This document shows, one piece after another, positions 17,744-27,216 of a stretch of DNA of 64,000 nt (within the stretch, counting starts at the first letter, position 1; each line of letters begins with the position of its first letter). The notes beneath the pieces are model-generated. The model was given only the letters and a program-made list of their open reading frames with translations. It made no database searches and was not told the origin of the DNA. Both the position numbers and the translations under genes were made by a program. The DNA lies in assembly GCA_963422615.1 (NCBI GenBank), contig OY730414.1:1720302-1784301 (forward strand), given 5' to 3'. This DNA is from Longimicrobiales bacterium. Its GTDB lineage: Bacteria; Gemmatimonadota; Gemmatimonadetes; Longimicrobiales; Gaopeijiaceae.

Positions 17744-19288
17744 ATGAATCAATGTGACGGTATATTGTCCCCCTGGAAGCCCTCGGGGACCTTCGGGGGA
17801 TTCGCAGTTCTGCTTCTGGCGGTTTCTGCGATCGGCGGGGGTGTACCCGGAACCGCAGCCGCGCAGGAAACGGTATCCGGCGGAGGCATGGGGGAGGGTC
17901 CCGCCCTCTTGAGTCAGGTGGTTGGGGTCGCGCTGGAACGCAATCGGGACGTGCGGGACGCGGAGTACCAGCTGTCCCTGGCGGAAGCCCGGGTTACGGA
18001 GGCGTGGAGCAGTGTGTATCCAACCGTGTCGCTCTCAAGTTCCTTCGTCAGGAACATCGCGCCTCAGGTGAGTTTTCTCCCCGCCCAGATCTTCGACCCC
18101 TCCGCGGCCCAGGGCGAGTTCATTCCCGTTCAGTTCGGTGCGGACAACATCTGGAACCTGTCCATCAATGCGGAACAACCTCTGTTCGAACCCGAAGTCT
18201 TCGTGGGCGTGGGTGCCGCCGCGGGCTTTCGGGGACTGCAGCGGGAAATCCTCCGGGAACGAACCCAGCAAGCCGTCACCCGGGTACGAATCGCCTTCTA
18301 CGGCCTCCTTCTGGCCCAGGAAGAGGTACGTCTGACCGAGAACTCTCTGCTTCGCGTGCGTCAAGCCCTCGAGGAGACAAAGGCGATGAACGAGGCCGGA
18401 TTGGCTCAGACCTACGACGTACTCCGCCTGCAAGTAGAGCTCGCGAATCTCGAACCCGAGTTGGGACGCGCGCAGAATCGCCGAACGGCCGCGCGACGGA
18501 CCCTGGCTGCGGAGCTCGACCTGGATCCCGAATCGGAACTGGAGGTGGCAGGCGCTCTGGCCCGAATGGACCTGAACGATCTCGCCGCCAACACTCCGGC
18601 GAACCAGGACATTCTGGCCTTCGTCGGGGCTTCGGCGGCTGAAGACGCGGACCAAGCGGGCTTCGTCCGCCAGTGGTTGGCCGATAGATCTCAGGTGCGC
18701 CAACTCGAAATCACCGAAGACTTGAGGCGGATCGAGCTTCGGATCGAACAGGTGGCCTATTTGCCCAGCGTGTTCGCCTTCGGGACCTACGGCTTGGCCG
18801 CCCAGCAAAACGGGGCACCCGACTTCTTCGGGAGCAGCGACCAACGCGGATCCACGAAGCAGATCGGGCTCCGGGTCAGCTTCCCCATCTTCTCGGGTTT
18901 TAGCCGCGATGCCCGGATCAACCAGCGGAGGGCGGCGCTGCGCCAGGCGGAAGTCCAGGCGAGCGCAGTGGCGGACCAAGCGGAGGTCCAGATTCGCAAC
19001 TTGGTTGACCAGGTTCGGGAAGCCCGGGCTCGGTCGGGCGGCCAGCGCCTTGCCGTCTCCCAAGCGCAGCGGGGGTACGCGATCGCCAGCGCGCAGTACA
19101 GCGAAGGCATGGGGAGTCGGCTTGAACGGACCGATGCGGAAATGGCGTTGCGTCAGAGTGAATTCAACTATGCCCAGGCGGTGTACGACTACCTGACTTC
19201 GCGGGCTCGTCTCGACGAAGCCGTCGGCCAGGTTCCCTTGGTCGACACCCGGTCGACAGGGTCCGGAGCGGATAGGAGGGGGAGATGA
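17744..19288 (+). CDS. TolC family outer-membrane efflux protein
   Basis: ATG with GGGAGG SD; two OEP repeats (VYPTVSL, AYLPSVFAFG, FPIFSGF); C-terminal LDEAVG. Confidence 0.9.
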   Translation: MNQCDGILSPWKPSGTFGGFAVLLLAVSAIGGGVPGTAAAQETVSGGGMGEGPALLSQVVGVALERNRDVRDAEYQLSLAEARVTEAWSSVYPTVSLSSSFVRNIAPQVSFLPAQIFDPSAAQGEFIPVQFGADNIWNLSINAEQPLFEPEVFVGVGAAAGFRGLQREILRERTQQAVTRVRIAFYGLLLAQEEVRLTENSLLRVRQALEETKAMNEAGLAQTYDVLRLQVELANLEPELGRAQNRRTAARRTLAAELDLDPESELEVAGALARMDLNDLAANTPANQDILAFVGASAAEDADQAGFVRQWLADRSQVRQLEITEDLRRIELRIEQVAYLPSVFAFGTYGLAAQQNGAPDFFGSSDQRGSTKQIGLRVSFPIFSGFSRDARINQRRAALRQAEVQASAVADQAEVQIRNLVDQVREARARSGGQRLAVSQAQRGYAIASAQYSEGMGSRLERTDAEMALRQSEFNYAQAVYDYLTSRARLDEAVGQVPLVDTRSTGSGADRRGR

Positions 19289-20436
19289 AAGGAACGAGGA
19301 GGAGGAGATTTTTGAAGCGAGAGACCGCCGGGGTGGTCTCCCGGGTGGCCCGCGCTCCCGCCCCCGCCAAGTGGATCTTGGCTGCCGGGGCGGTGGGAAT
19401 GGTTTTCGGGTGCGGTGGGGCTCAGGCGGACCGGGCGCCCGATCCGGACCAGAGCTCTGTTCGAGTCGTCAACGTCGAAGTTGAGCGGGTTGAACCCCGG
19501 AATTTTACTCGCACCATTCGGCTGACCGGGGTCGTCCAGGCCATGCGGGATGTTCTGGTTTCTGCGGAGGAGTCGGGGGTCGTGCGCCAGATCGTTCGCG
19601 ACAAGGGCCTCCCGATTCGTTCAGGAGCCGCCATCCTCAAGCTGGACGACGGAATCCTCTTGGCCCAGGTCCGAACCGCAACGGCCCAGGCGGAGCTGGC
19701 CCAAGTGCTGTGGGAGCGCAGGAAGAAACTGTACGAGGAAGATGAAATTGGCTCCGAAGTGAGCTACCTGGAAGCGAAGTACGGGGCTGAACAGGCACTG
19801 GGCAACTTGGCCGCGCTGCAAACGCGTCTTGCGCGTACAACGGTTTCTGCGCCCATCAACGGGGTGCTGGATGCCCGCTTCGTCGAGGTCGGATCCATGG
19901 TTTCGCCGGGAACGCCCGTCGCCCGGATCGTTCAAATGGACTCCGTCAAGGTCGTGGCCGGGGTCCCCGAGCGGTTCGCCCTCGACATCGTGACGGGAGC
20001 CAACGCCACCGTGTCTTTCGATGTCCTTGAGGGCGATGATTTCGCCGGCAACATTGCCTACGTCGGGGCCGCGGTGGAACCGGATAGCCGTACGTTCCCG
20101 GTTGAGCTGGTGCTGCCCAATCCGGGCAGGCGGATCAAGCCGGAAATGATCGCCGAAATCACCGTAGTGCAGCAGGAGCTGAAGGACGCGATTGTGGTCC
20201 CCCAACAGGCGCTCGTGTCCATGGAGGAGGGGTACGTCATCTTTGTGGTCGACGGGTCGGGCGACGAAGTGCGGGCGGATGCCCGCTCGGTGCAAATCGT
20301 TGCTGCCCAGGGGAATGAAGCCATCATCGGATCGGGACTGCACCAGGGGGACCGGGTTGTCGTGGTGGGCCAGCAGGGCCTCACCGACGGGGACCGGGTT
20401 CAGGTCGTGGTGAACGAGCCTCGGAGGGAGTCATGA
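19285..20436 (+). CDS. RND efflux periplasmic adaptor (MFP)
   Basis: Lipobox-like VFGC, VSAPINGV, SRTFPVE, GLHQGDRVVVVGQQGLTDG. Confidence 0.9.
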   Translation: MKGTRRRRFLKRETAGVVSRVARAPAPAKWILAAGAVGMVFGCGGAQADRAPDPDQSSVRVVNVEVERVEPRNFTRTIRLTGVVQAMRDVLVSAEESGVVRQIVRDKGLPIRSGAAILKLDDGILLAQVRTATAQAELAQVLWERRKKLYEEDEIGSEVSYLEAKYGAEQALGNLAALQTRLARTTVSAPINGVLDARFVEVGSMVSPGTPVARIVQMDSVKVVAGVPERFALDIVTGANATVSFDVLEGDDFAGNIAYVGAAVEPDSRTFPVELVLPNPGRRIKPEMIAEITVVQQELKDAIVVPQQALVSMEEGYVIFVVDGSGDEVRADARSVQIVAAQGNEAIIGSGLHQGDRVVVVGQQGLTDGDRVQVVVNEPRRES

Positions 20437-23400
20437 ACGACGATCGGGGGGAAAGCCGGGTGAACCGTACCCCGAAGTCCTTCAAGGAATTCCGTCTTAC
20501 ATCCTTCGCCGTTGATCACGCGACCTCGGTGATCGTGTTGTTCGTCTTTGTCACGATTGCGGGGCTCCTGTCCTATAGGGCGATTCCCAAGGAGTCGTTT
20601 CCCGAAATCGAATCCGCCTTCATCGCGGTCAACACCATCTATGCAGGTGTGTCACCGGACGACATGGAGAGCCTCGTCACCCGGAAGATCGAGGAGGAGC
20701 TCAACACGATTTCCGACATCGCGGAGCTGACGTCGACGTCCGTGGAGGGCTATTCGTCCGTTGTCGCGGAATTCGATTCCGACGTTCGGGTGAGCGAAGC
20801 CCTGCAGAAGGTTCGGGAAAAGGTGGACCTGGCCCGGCCGGAATTGCCTTCCGACGCCGAGGATCCGACCATCTTCGAGTTTTCCATGAGCGATGCGCCC
20901 GTTATGCGGGTGAACTTGGCCGGGGGCTACGGGTTGGTCAGGCTGAAGGAGCTCGGGGAGGAGCTTCAAGAGCGCATCGAGTCCATTCCGGCGGTCCTTC
21001 GCGTGGATCTGAGAGGAGGTTTGGAACGGGAAGTAAGGGTTGATGTCGACCTGGGTAAGCTGAAGTACTACAACGTTTCCTTTGGCGATGTTCTGGACGC
21101 CATTCGCCTGGAAAACGTGAACATTCCGGGTGGATCGATCGATGTAAACGGCATGAAATACCTGGTACGGGTGGACGGGGAGTTCGATACCCCTTCGCTG
21201 ATCCAGGACTTGGTTGTAAAGACGGTGAACGGACGCCCCGTCTACGTTCGGGATATCGCAGCAGTCGAGTTCGGTTTCGCCGAACGGGAGACGTACGCCC
21301 GCCTGGGGGAAGAACCGGTGGTCACACTGGATGTGATCAAGCGATCCGGCGAGAACATCATCGCCACCGCCGAGGCAGTTCGCGCGGAGATCGAGGCCAT
21401 GCGACGGCTCTTCCCACCGTCCACGGTGGTGTCGATCACGTCCGACATGTCCCAGGACATCGGGAACATGGTCAGCAGCCTCGAGAACAACATCATCTCG
21501 GGTCTGTTGTTGATCGTGGGCGTTCTTCTCTTCGTCCTGGGTCTCCGCACGTCCGTGTTCGTGGCCCTGTCCATCCCCACGTCCATGTTCCTCTCTTTTG
21601 TCCTCCTCCGGGTGCTCGGGGTATCGATGAACATGGTGGTGCTGTTTTCCCTCATCCTTGCTCTGGGAATGTTGGTGGACAACGCCATTGTAATTGTGGA
21701 AAACATCTACCGCTTCATCGAAGAGGGGTGGGATCGGAAGACGGCGGCAAAAAAAGCCACGGGTGAGGTTGCGATTCCGGTGATCGCCGCCACGGCGACG
21801 ACCTTGGCAGCCTTCACCCCGCTGCTGTTTTGGCCCGGCTTCGTGGGGGAGTTCATGGGCTATCTGCCGATGACCCTCATCATCACCCTTTCCAGCTCCC
21901 TGTTCGTCGCCCTGGTGATCGTTCCCACCCTTTGTTCCCTTTTCCTCCGTCCGGAGGGTGCCCCGGTCCGGCCCCTGAGCCGGGGCGCCCGGCTCGGGCT
22001 CTTGGCATTGACGGCCATCGCGCTGCTGTTGGTCGCTTCTGTCAACCCCCTTACGGCGCTTGTTTTTGCCGCCACCGCCGTCGGCCTCCGGTTTCTCCAT
22101 ACCCGGCTCCTGGACCGCATTGGAAGGGCGTTCATGGCGGACGGGTTCCCCCGGTTGGTCCGCTGGTACGAACGGCGTCTGATCTGGTGTCTGAATCACC
22201 GAAAGACGGTGCTCGGAGGCTCCTTGATGGCCTTTGTGCTGACCCTGTTCGTATACGGGGCCTTCGCGCCACCGGTAGAGTATTTCCCCGAGGACATTCC
22301 TCCCAGGAGCCTCTACGTGGCCATCGAGGCTCCGACGGGCACCTCGGCGGATGTGACCAACAGCTACGCGTCCCGCTTGAAGGCCCAGATTGACGGCATC
22401 GAAGGCGTCGCCGACGCCACGTCCGTCGTGACGACGGTGGGCTCCACAGGGGGCAACCCCATGGAAGGGACCGGCCCGACGGGCCCCGAGTCCGGGCGTA
22501 TCTCCCTGAGCATGATCGATTTTCAAGATCGCCGGTTCGACGTGTTCAACACCCTTCGGGACATGCAGGCGACGGTGGGGACCCGTTTGGCGGGCGCGGA
22601 AGTGCGGGTGGACAAAATCACGGAAGGGCCGCCGTCTGGGCCGCCTGTCAACATTGAGATCACCGGTGAGGACCCGTCGCGACTCAAGACTTTGGCGGAC
22701 GAGGCGATCAATTTGATCGAAAACTCTCCCGTCTACTCCCTCCTGGTGGGCCTTGAGAGTGATATGAACGACGCCCGTCCGGAGCTACAGGTCGTGGTTG
22801 ACCGGGAGCGGGCCAGTCTCTATGGACTCTCGACCAACGATGTGGGATTTGCCGTGAGAGGGGCCATTAACGGGCTCGAGGCGGCCAAGTACCGCACCGG
22901 CAACGACGAATACGACATTATCGTGCGCCTCCGAGAAGCAGACCGACAGGAGCTCGCGGCGCTGGGCAGACTGACGGTCTTTTCGGAAGGGGACCAGATC
23001 CCCCTGCTTTCGGTTGCCGACTGGACGGTCGGGGAGGGGTACGGCTCGATCCGGCGCAAGGACATGGACCGGGTGGCCACGATCAGTGCTGAAGTTGCCG
23101 CCGGACACAATGGAAACCAGGTTCGGGAGGGTGTGAAGGGGGTCCTCGCGGGCTTTTCGGAGGGCCTCCCTCCCGGGTATGCCCTGCAGTTCACGGGCGA
23201 ACAGGAGGACCAACAGGAAGCCATGGACTTTCTCTTGGGCGCTTTCATGGCGGCCCTCATGCTGATCGCTCTGATCCTGGTCTCCCAGTTCAACTCGGTG
23301 ATCAAACCGGTGATCATCCTATCGTCGGTGATCATGTCCACGATCGGTGTCCTCATCGGTCTGATGGTGTTTCAGATGCCCTTCGTGATCATCATGACCG

Positions 23401-23807
23401 GCGTAGGCGTCATCTCTCTTGCCGGGATCGTCGTGAACAACGCCATCGTCCTCATCGACTATGTCGATGTCCTCCGCCGCCGGGACCGCATGCCTCAGCG
23501 GGCAGCCCTGATCCAAGGCGGCAAGACCCGGCTGCGGCCCGTTCTGCTCACGGCCTTGACCACCGCGCTGGGCCTGATTCCATTGGCCGTAGGTCTGAAC
23601 TTCGACTTCTTCGGTCTGTTCGGGAGCCTGTCGCCCGACTTGTTCTGGGGCGGGGAGCAGGCTGCGTGGTGGGGTCCCATGGCCGTCGCGGTGATTGTGG
23701 GAATCCTGTTCGCCACCTTCCTGACCCTCATCTTGGTCCCGGTCTTGTACAGTATTGTGGACGATTTCGCTGCCTACGTCCGGGGCCATGTCGCCCAGGA
23801 CGCATGA
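20433..23807 (+). CDS. RND efflux permease (AcrB/MdtB family)
   Basis: 1124 aa; GMLVDNAIVIVEN, GIVVNNAIVLID, RLRPVLLT, LTLILVPVLY. Confidence 0.95.
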   Translation: MNDDRGESRVNRTPKSFKEFRLTSFAVDHATSVIVLFVFVTIAGLLSYRAIPKESFPEIESAFIAVNTIYAGVSPDDMESLVTRKIEEELNTISDIAELTSTSVEGYSSVVAEFDSDVRVSEALQKVREKVDLARPELPSDAEDPTIFEFSMSDAPVMRVNLAGGYGLVRLKELGEELQERIESIPAVLRVDLRGGLEREVRVDVDLGKLKYYNVSFGDVLDAIRLENVNIPGGSIDVNGMKYLVRVDGEFDTPSLIQDLVVKTVNGRPVYVRDIAAVEFGFAERETYARLGEEPVVTLDVIKRSGENIIATAEAVRAEIEAMRRLFPPSTVVSITSDMSQDIGNMVSSLENNIISGLLLIVGVLLFVLGLRTSVFVALSIPTSMFLSFVLLRVLGVSMNMVVLFSLILALGMLVDNAIVIVENIYRFIEEGWDRKTAAKKATGEVAIPVIAATATTLAAFTPLLFWPGFVGEFMGYLPMTLIITLSSSLFVALVIVPTLCSLFLRPEGAPVRPLSRGARLGLLALTAIALLLVASVNPLTALVFAATAVGLRFLHTRLLDRIGRAFMADGFPRLVRWYERRLIWCLNHRKTVLGGSLMAFVLTLFVYGAFAPPVEYFPEDIPPRSLYVAIEAPTGTSADVTNSYASRLKAQIDGIEGVADATSVVTTVGSTGGNPMEGTGPTGPESGRISLSMIDFQDRRFDVFNTLRDMQATVGTRLAGAEVRVDKITEGPPSGPPVNIEITGEDPSRLKTLADEAINLIENSPVYSLLVGLESDMNDARPELQVVVDRERASLYGLSTNDVGFAVRGAINGLEAAKYRTGNDEYDIIVRLREADRQELAALGRLTVFSEGDQIPLLSVADWTVGEGYGSIRRKDMDRVATISAEVAAGHNGNQVREGVKGVLAGFSEGLPPGYALQFTGEQEDQQEAMDFLLGAFMAALMLIALILVSQFNSVIKPVIILSSVIMSTIGVLIGLMVFQMPFVIIMTGVGVISLAGIVVNNAIVLIDYVDVLRRRDRMPQRAALIQGGKTRLRPVLLTALTTALGLIPLAVGLNFDFFGLFGSLSPDLFWGGEQAAWWGPMAVAVIVGILFATFLTLILVPVLYSIVDDFAAYVRGHVAQDA

Positions 23808-23911
23808 GGAAGAATCTCCCGTGGACCCGGACTTGCCCGTTTATGCGCCGCCCCTCCCGCCGGAAGCGAGCCGGGAGCGGCCATCGTGAGAAGTTGAAAC
23901 CGGAGCGTATC

Positions 23912-25624
23912 ATGACCCAGTTGTTGCGAGCGGTACCCACCTCGGTTCTCGTGTCCCTGTCGGCCCTTGCATGTGCGCCGGAATCAGCGCCGGAAATCGT
24001 TCTCTCCCGGGATGTCGTCACCACCGGGACGGGGATGGTGGTGTCGGCCTACCCGGATGCAAGCGAGATTGGGGCCCGCGTACTTCGGGAGGGAGGAAAC
24101 GCCGTGGACGCCGCCATCGCGGTCGGCTTCGCCCTGGCGGTTACGCACCCCGTGGCGGGGAACATCGGTGGCGGAGGATTCATGGTGATCCGCTTCCCCG
24201 ACGGAAGCGCTACGACCCTGGACTTCCGGGAGAAGGCGCCCTTGAAGGCGCACCCGGAGATGTTTTTGGAAGACGGGGCGTACTCGTACCAGGTCCACCA
24301 CCGCAGCCACTTGGCCGTGGGCGTACCTGGGACCGTGGCGGGCTTCGCTTTGGCCCACGAGAAGTACGGGTCGGCGGCCTGGCCCGATCTCGTTGATCCC
24401 TCCACGAGGCTGGCCCGGGACGGTTTCGGGGTGAGCGAGCGGCTGGCCGCCTCCCTGGAGCGGATGTTGCCGGCATTCCAGGACTATCCGGCGTCGTACG
24501 CTCAGTTTTCGAAGGACGGAGCGTCGTACGAAGTCGGGGATACGCTGATCCAAGCGGATCTGGCGGCGACCCTGGAGCGGATCCGCGACCAGGGGAGGGA
24601 TGGCTTCTATACGGGAACGACGGCCCGCCTTTTGGCCGAGGAGATGGTCCGGGGCGGCGGTTGGATCACTGAAGAGGATCTTGCCCGCTATCAGGCCCGG
24701 GAGCGGGAACCCGTTCGGGGTACCTATCGGGAATTCGAAATCATCAGCATGCCGCCGCCGTCCTCAGGGGGCACCGCGTTGGTGGAGATGCTCAACCTGC
24801 TCGAAGGCTATGACTTGGCCGCCATGGGTCACAACAGTCCCGAATATGCCCATTACCTCATCGAATCCATGCGTCGAGCATTTCGGGACCGAGCCACCTT
24901 CCTCGCCGACCCCGACTTTGCCGATGTGCCCGTAGCTCGTTTGACCAGCAAGGCGTACGCGAACGAGGTCCGGACGACCATCCAGGCGGGGGCGGCCAGC
25001 GTATCCAGCCCCGCAGACGTCCAAGTCGTCCCGCCCGAAAGCTCCGAGACGACGCACTACTCGGTGGTGGACGGGAACGGAATGGCCGTGGCCGTGACTT
25101 ACACCCTGGAAGGCGGGTACGGTTCGTACATCACGGTTCCGGGCGCCGGGTTCCTTCTGAACAACGAGATGGGTGACTTCAACGGTCAACCCGGCCTTAC
25201 CGATACCCGGGGTCTGATCGGAACCGACGCCAATCTGGCGCGACCGGAACAGCGTATGCTGTCTTCCATGACCCCCACCATCCTCGTCCGTGGCGGGGAG
25301 CTCGCGGCCGTGATTGGAAGCCCCGGGGGCCGCACGATCATCAACACGGTGCTTCAGATCGTGTTGAACAGGGTAGATTTCGGCCAACCTCCCTTGGAGG
25401 CTGTGTCCGCCAAGCGATTGCACCATCAATGGCTTCCCGACGCGGCTCGCTTGGAAGCGGGCTTGATGTCTGATGCGGACGCGATGCTCCTGGAGGGGAT
25501 GGGCCACGAGATCGCCTGGAGCCAACGCCAAGGAATCGCCCACTGTATCTTCGTGGACGATTTCGGTCGTTTGGTGGGGGTGCCCGATCCCCGGGACTCC
25601 GACGGTACGGCGGGCGGGTATTAG
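23912..25624 (+). CDS. ggt: gamma-glutamyltransferase (lipoprotein)
   Basis: GGNAVDAAIA, GNIGGGGF, LDFREKAP, ETTHYSVVD (nucleophile Thr), LLNNEMGDF, LSSMTP, GSPGG; lipobox ALAC. Confidence 0.92.
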   Translation: MTQLLRAVPTSVLVSLSALACAPESAPEIVLSRDVVTTGTGMVVSAYPDASEIGARVLREGGNAVDAAIAVGFALAVTHPVAGNIGGGGFMVIRFPDGSATTLDFREKAPLKAHPEMFLEDGAYSYQVHHRSHLAVGVPGTVAGFALAHEKYGSAAWPDLVDPSTRLARDGFGVSERLAASLERMLPAFQDYPASYAQFSKDGASYEVGDTLIQADLAATLERIRDQGRDGFYTGTTARLLAEEMVRGGGWITEEDLARYQAREREPVRGTYREFEIISMPPPSSGGTALVEMLNLLEGYDLAAMGHNSPEYAHYLIESMRRAFRDRATFLADPDFADVPVARLTSKAYANEVRTTIQAGAASVSSPADVQVVPPESSETTHYSVVDGNGMAVAVTYTLEGGYGSYITVPGAGFLLNNEMGDFNGQPGLTDTRGLIGTDANLARPEQRMLSSMTPTILVRGGELAAVIGSPGGRTIINTVLQIVLNRVDFGQPPLEAVSAKRLHHQWLPDAARLEAGLMSDADAMLLEGMGHEIAWSQRQGIAHCIFVDDFGRLVGVPDPRDSDGTAGGY

Positions 25625-25746
25625 ACGGCAGGCGGGTCTTCGCGAGGGCTTGGGGCCGGATCCGACCTTGGGGGACGGCGATGTTCGTCGTCTGGCAGAG
25701 CGGTTTCGGGCTTGAAGGTAAGAGAAGTCGGACGGTGTGCCGGCGA

Positions 25747-27066
25747 TTAGTGAGCGTCGGACATTGAGTCCAGGATGCCGTACCTTCCCATCCGCATTGG
25801 ACCGCCGCCAAGAAACAGTCTAACACCCACGGATAAGGCAAGGAATGACGTGATTCCGGGGAACTCCCCGGGGGAAGCGTCCCCACGCTCAGGCCGAACC
25901 CGTTGGTACTGAACCTCCAAGAACGGGCGAAAGCTTAACGGATATCCGGTCAACTGGCGGGCATATGCGGCCGTCACGACCAGCCACCGAGATGCTCCGA
26001 CGGCCTCCGCATGGTGATCATATCGAAAGATGCTGTCGTCGGTCCTGGTGTACTCCGGGCGGGTCGCGTACTCCAGACGCAAATGTGGCTGATGGCCGTC
26101 CAAATCATACCTGGCTTCCGTGAGGAAGCTGAAATACTCTTCTCCGCTCCCTGACCTGCTTCGAGAAAGCTCGGTAAGCGAGTACAGATCTCCTGATCTC
26201 GTGGGTCCCTCGTAGCGAAGCGCCCCGTTCAGGAGCCGGGTCGTTTCTTCTCTGCCGTCATGGTCCTCATGGGCCTCGGTCACGTCGGCGACGGAAGCGG
26301 ATGCCTCCCACGCGCCCGCGCCGCGTTCTCCCGAGGTCCATCTGCGAATCAGACGACCCGACCAGGAATTGCCGAAGTCGTCAATATTCGACATGTCGTA
26401 TGGACCCGTTGGTTCGGTTCCTCCGAAGACGCCCGCTTCTACGCTCCATCCCTTCCGGCGCCAGACGCCATTCAGAGTCCATCGCTCTAGTATCTGGGAG
26501 AGATGGTGATTCGTCGGGTACTTCAGGCTGGGACGGCTCATCGGGTCGTCGGTGCCGTAAGGGGCGAATCCCTTTCCCGCTGACAGCGAAACGTCGTTGC
26601 CCCGGAGGTTCCAAAGATTCAGGCTGAGCATGAGTTCGTGGAAGAGCGTATGCGGATGGCGCTTGTCTATGAAGCCTTCTCCCCAGGCACCGGGGTTGAG
26701 CTCGCCTGACTCCAGAGTCACGCCTTCAAGATTGAACGTCGAGCGCAGAACCAAGTAGTGTCCCGGACTTGCGAGGTGGGTCATGAGCGTTGGCTGGGTC
26801 AGGTACGCCTCGGTGGCGCGAAGCGGATAGTCCTCCCTGTCGTCGGGTGCCAAGGCCGTGACGACGGGAAACACCTGTCCCATTCCGGTCAAGCCCCATT
26901 TTCCCATTGAGAGTCGAAACATGGGGTGCTGCATGGTGTGTCGGGCCCCGGTCCCTGCTGCTGCGGGCGGATGTTGTGCCCATGCCCGGGAGAAAAGTGG
27001 CGCTGTAAACGAAACCGCGGTGACAGTCCATGCGATCGCTAGGGTTTGACGTTTGCAAGTGAACAT
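25747..27066 (-). CDS. hypothetical outer-membrane beta-barrel-like protein
   Basis: Signal peptide, IDKRHPHTLFHELM, PTNHH and amphipathic beta strands (LSVGVRLFL). The start is uncertain (27066 or 27105). Confidence 0.6.
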   Translation of the reverse strand: MFTCKRQTLAIAWTVTAVSFTAPLFSRAWAQHPPAAAGTGARHTMQHPMFRLSMGKWGLTGMGQVFPVVTALAPDDREDYPLRATEAYLTQPTLMTHLASPGHYLVLRSTFNLEGVTLESGELNPGAWGEGFIDKRHPHTLFHELMLSLNLWNLRGNDVSLSAGKGFAPYGTDDPMSRPSLKYPTNHHLSQILERWTLNGVWRRKGWSVEAGVFGGTEPTGPYDMSNIDDFGNSWSGRLIRRWTSGERGAGAWEASASVADVTEAHEDHDGREETTRLLNGALRYEGPTRSGDLYSLTELSRSRSGSGEEYFSFLTEARYDLDGHQPHLRLEYATRPEYTRTDDSIFRYDHHAEAVGASRWLVVTAAYARQLTGYPLSFRPFLEVQYQRVRPERGDASPGEFPGITSFLALSVGVRLFLGGGPMRMGRYGILDSMSDAH

Positions 27067-27216
27067 GACAGGAGACCTCCCTGTTGCGGAAGAGCTTCGC
27101 CTCATAGAAGGAAGGTCAGAGCGGGAGAGGCGCTACCGATCCACGATCCTGACCAGGAGGTTGAGGCGAAGGGTAACGGGGACGCGGACGCGATGAAGCG
27201 GTGAGCTGAAGTCAAG

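Noticed and set aside
20652..22526. 624-aa minus-strand ORF
   Set aside because: Antisense to the RND permease.
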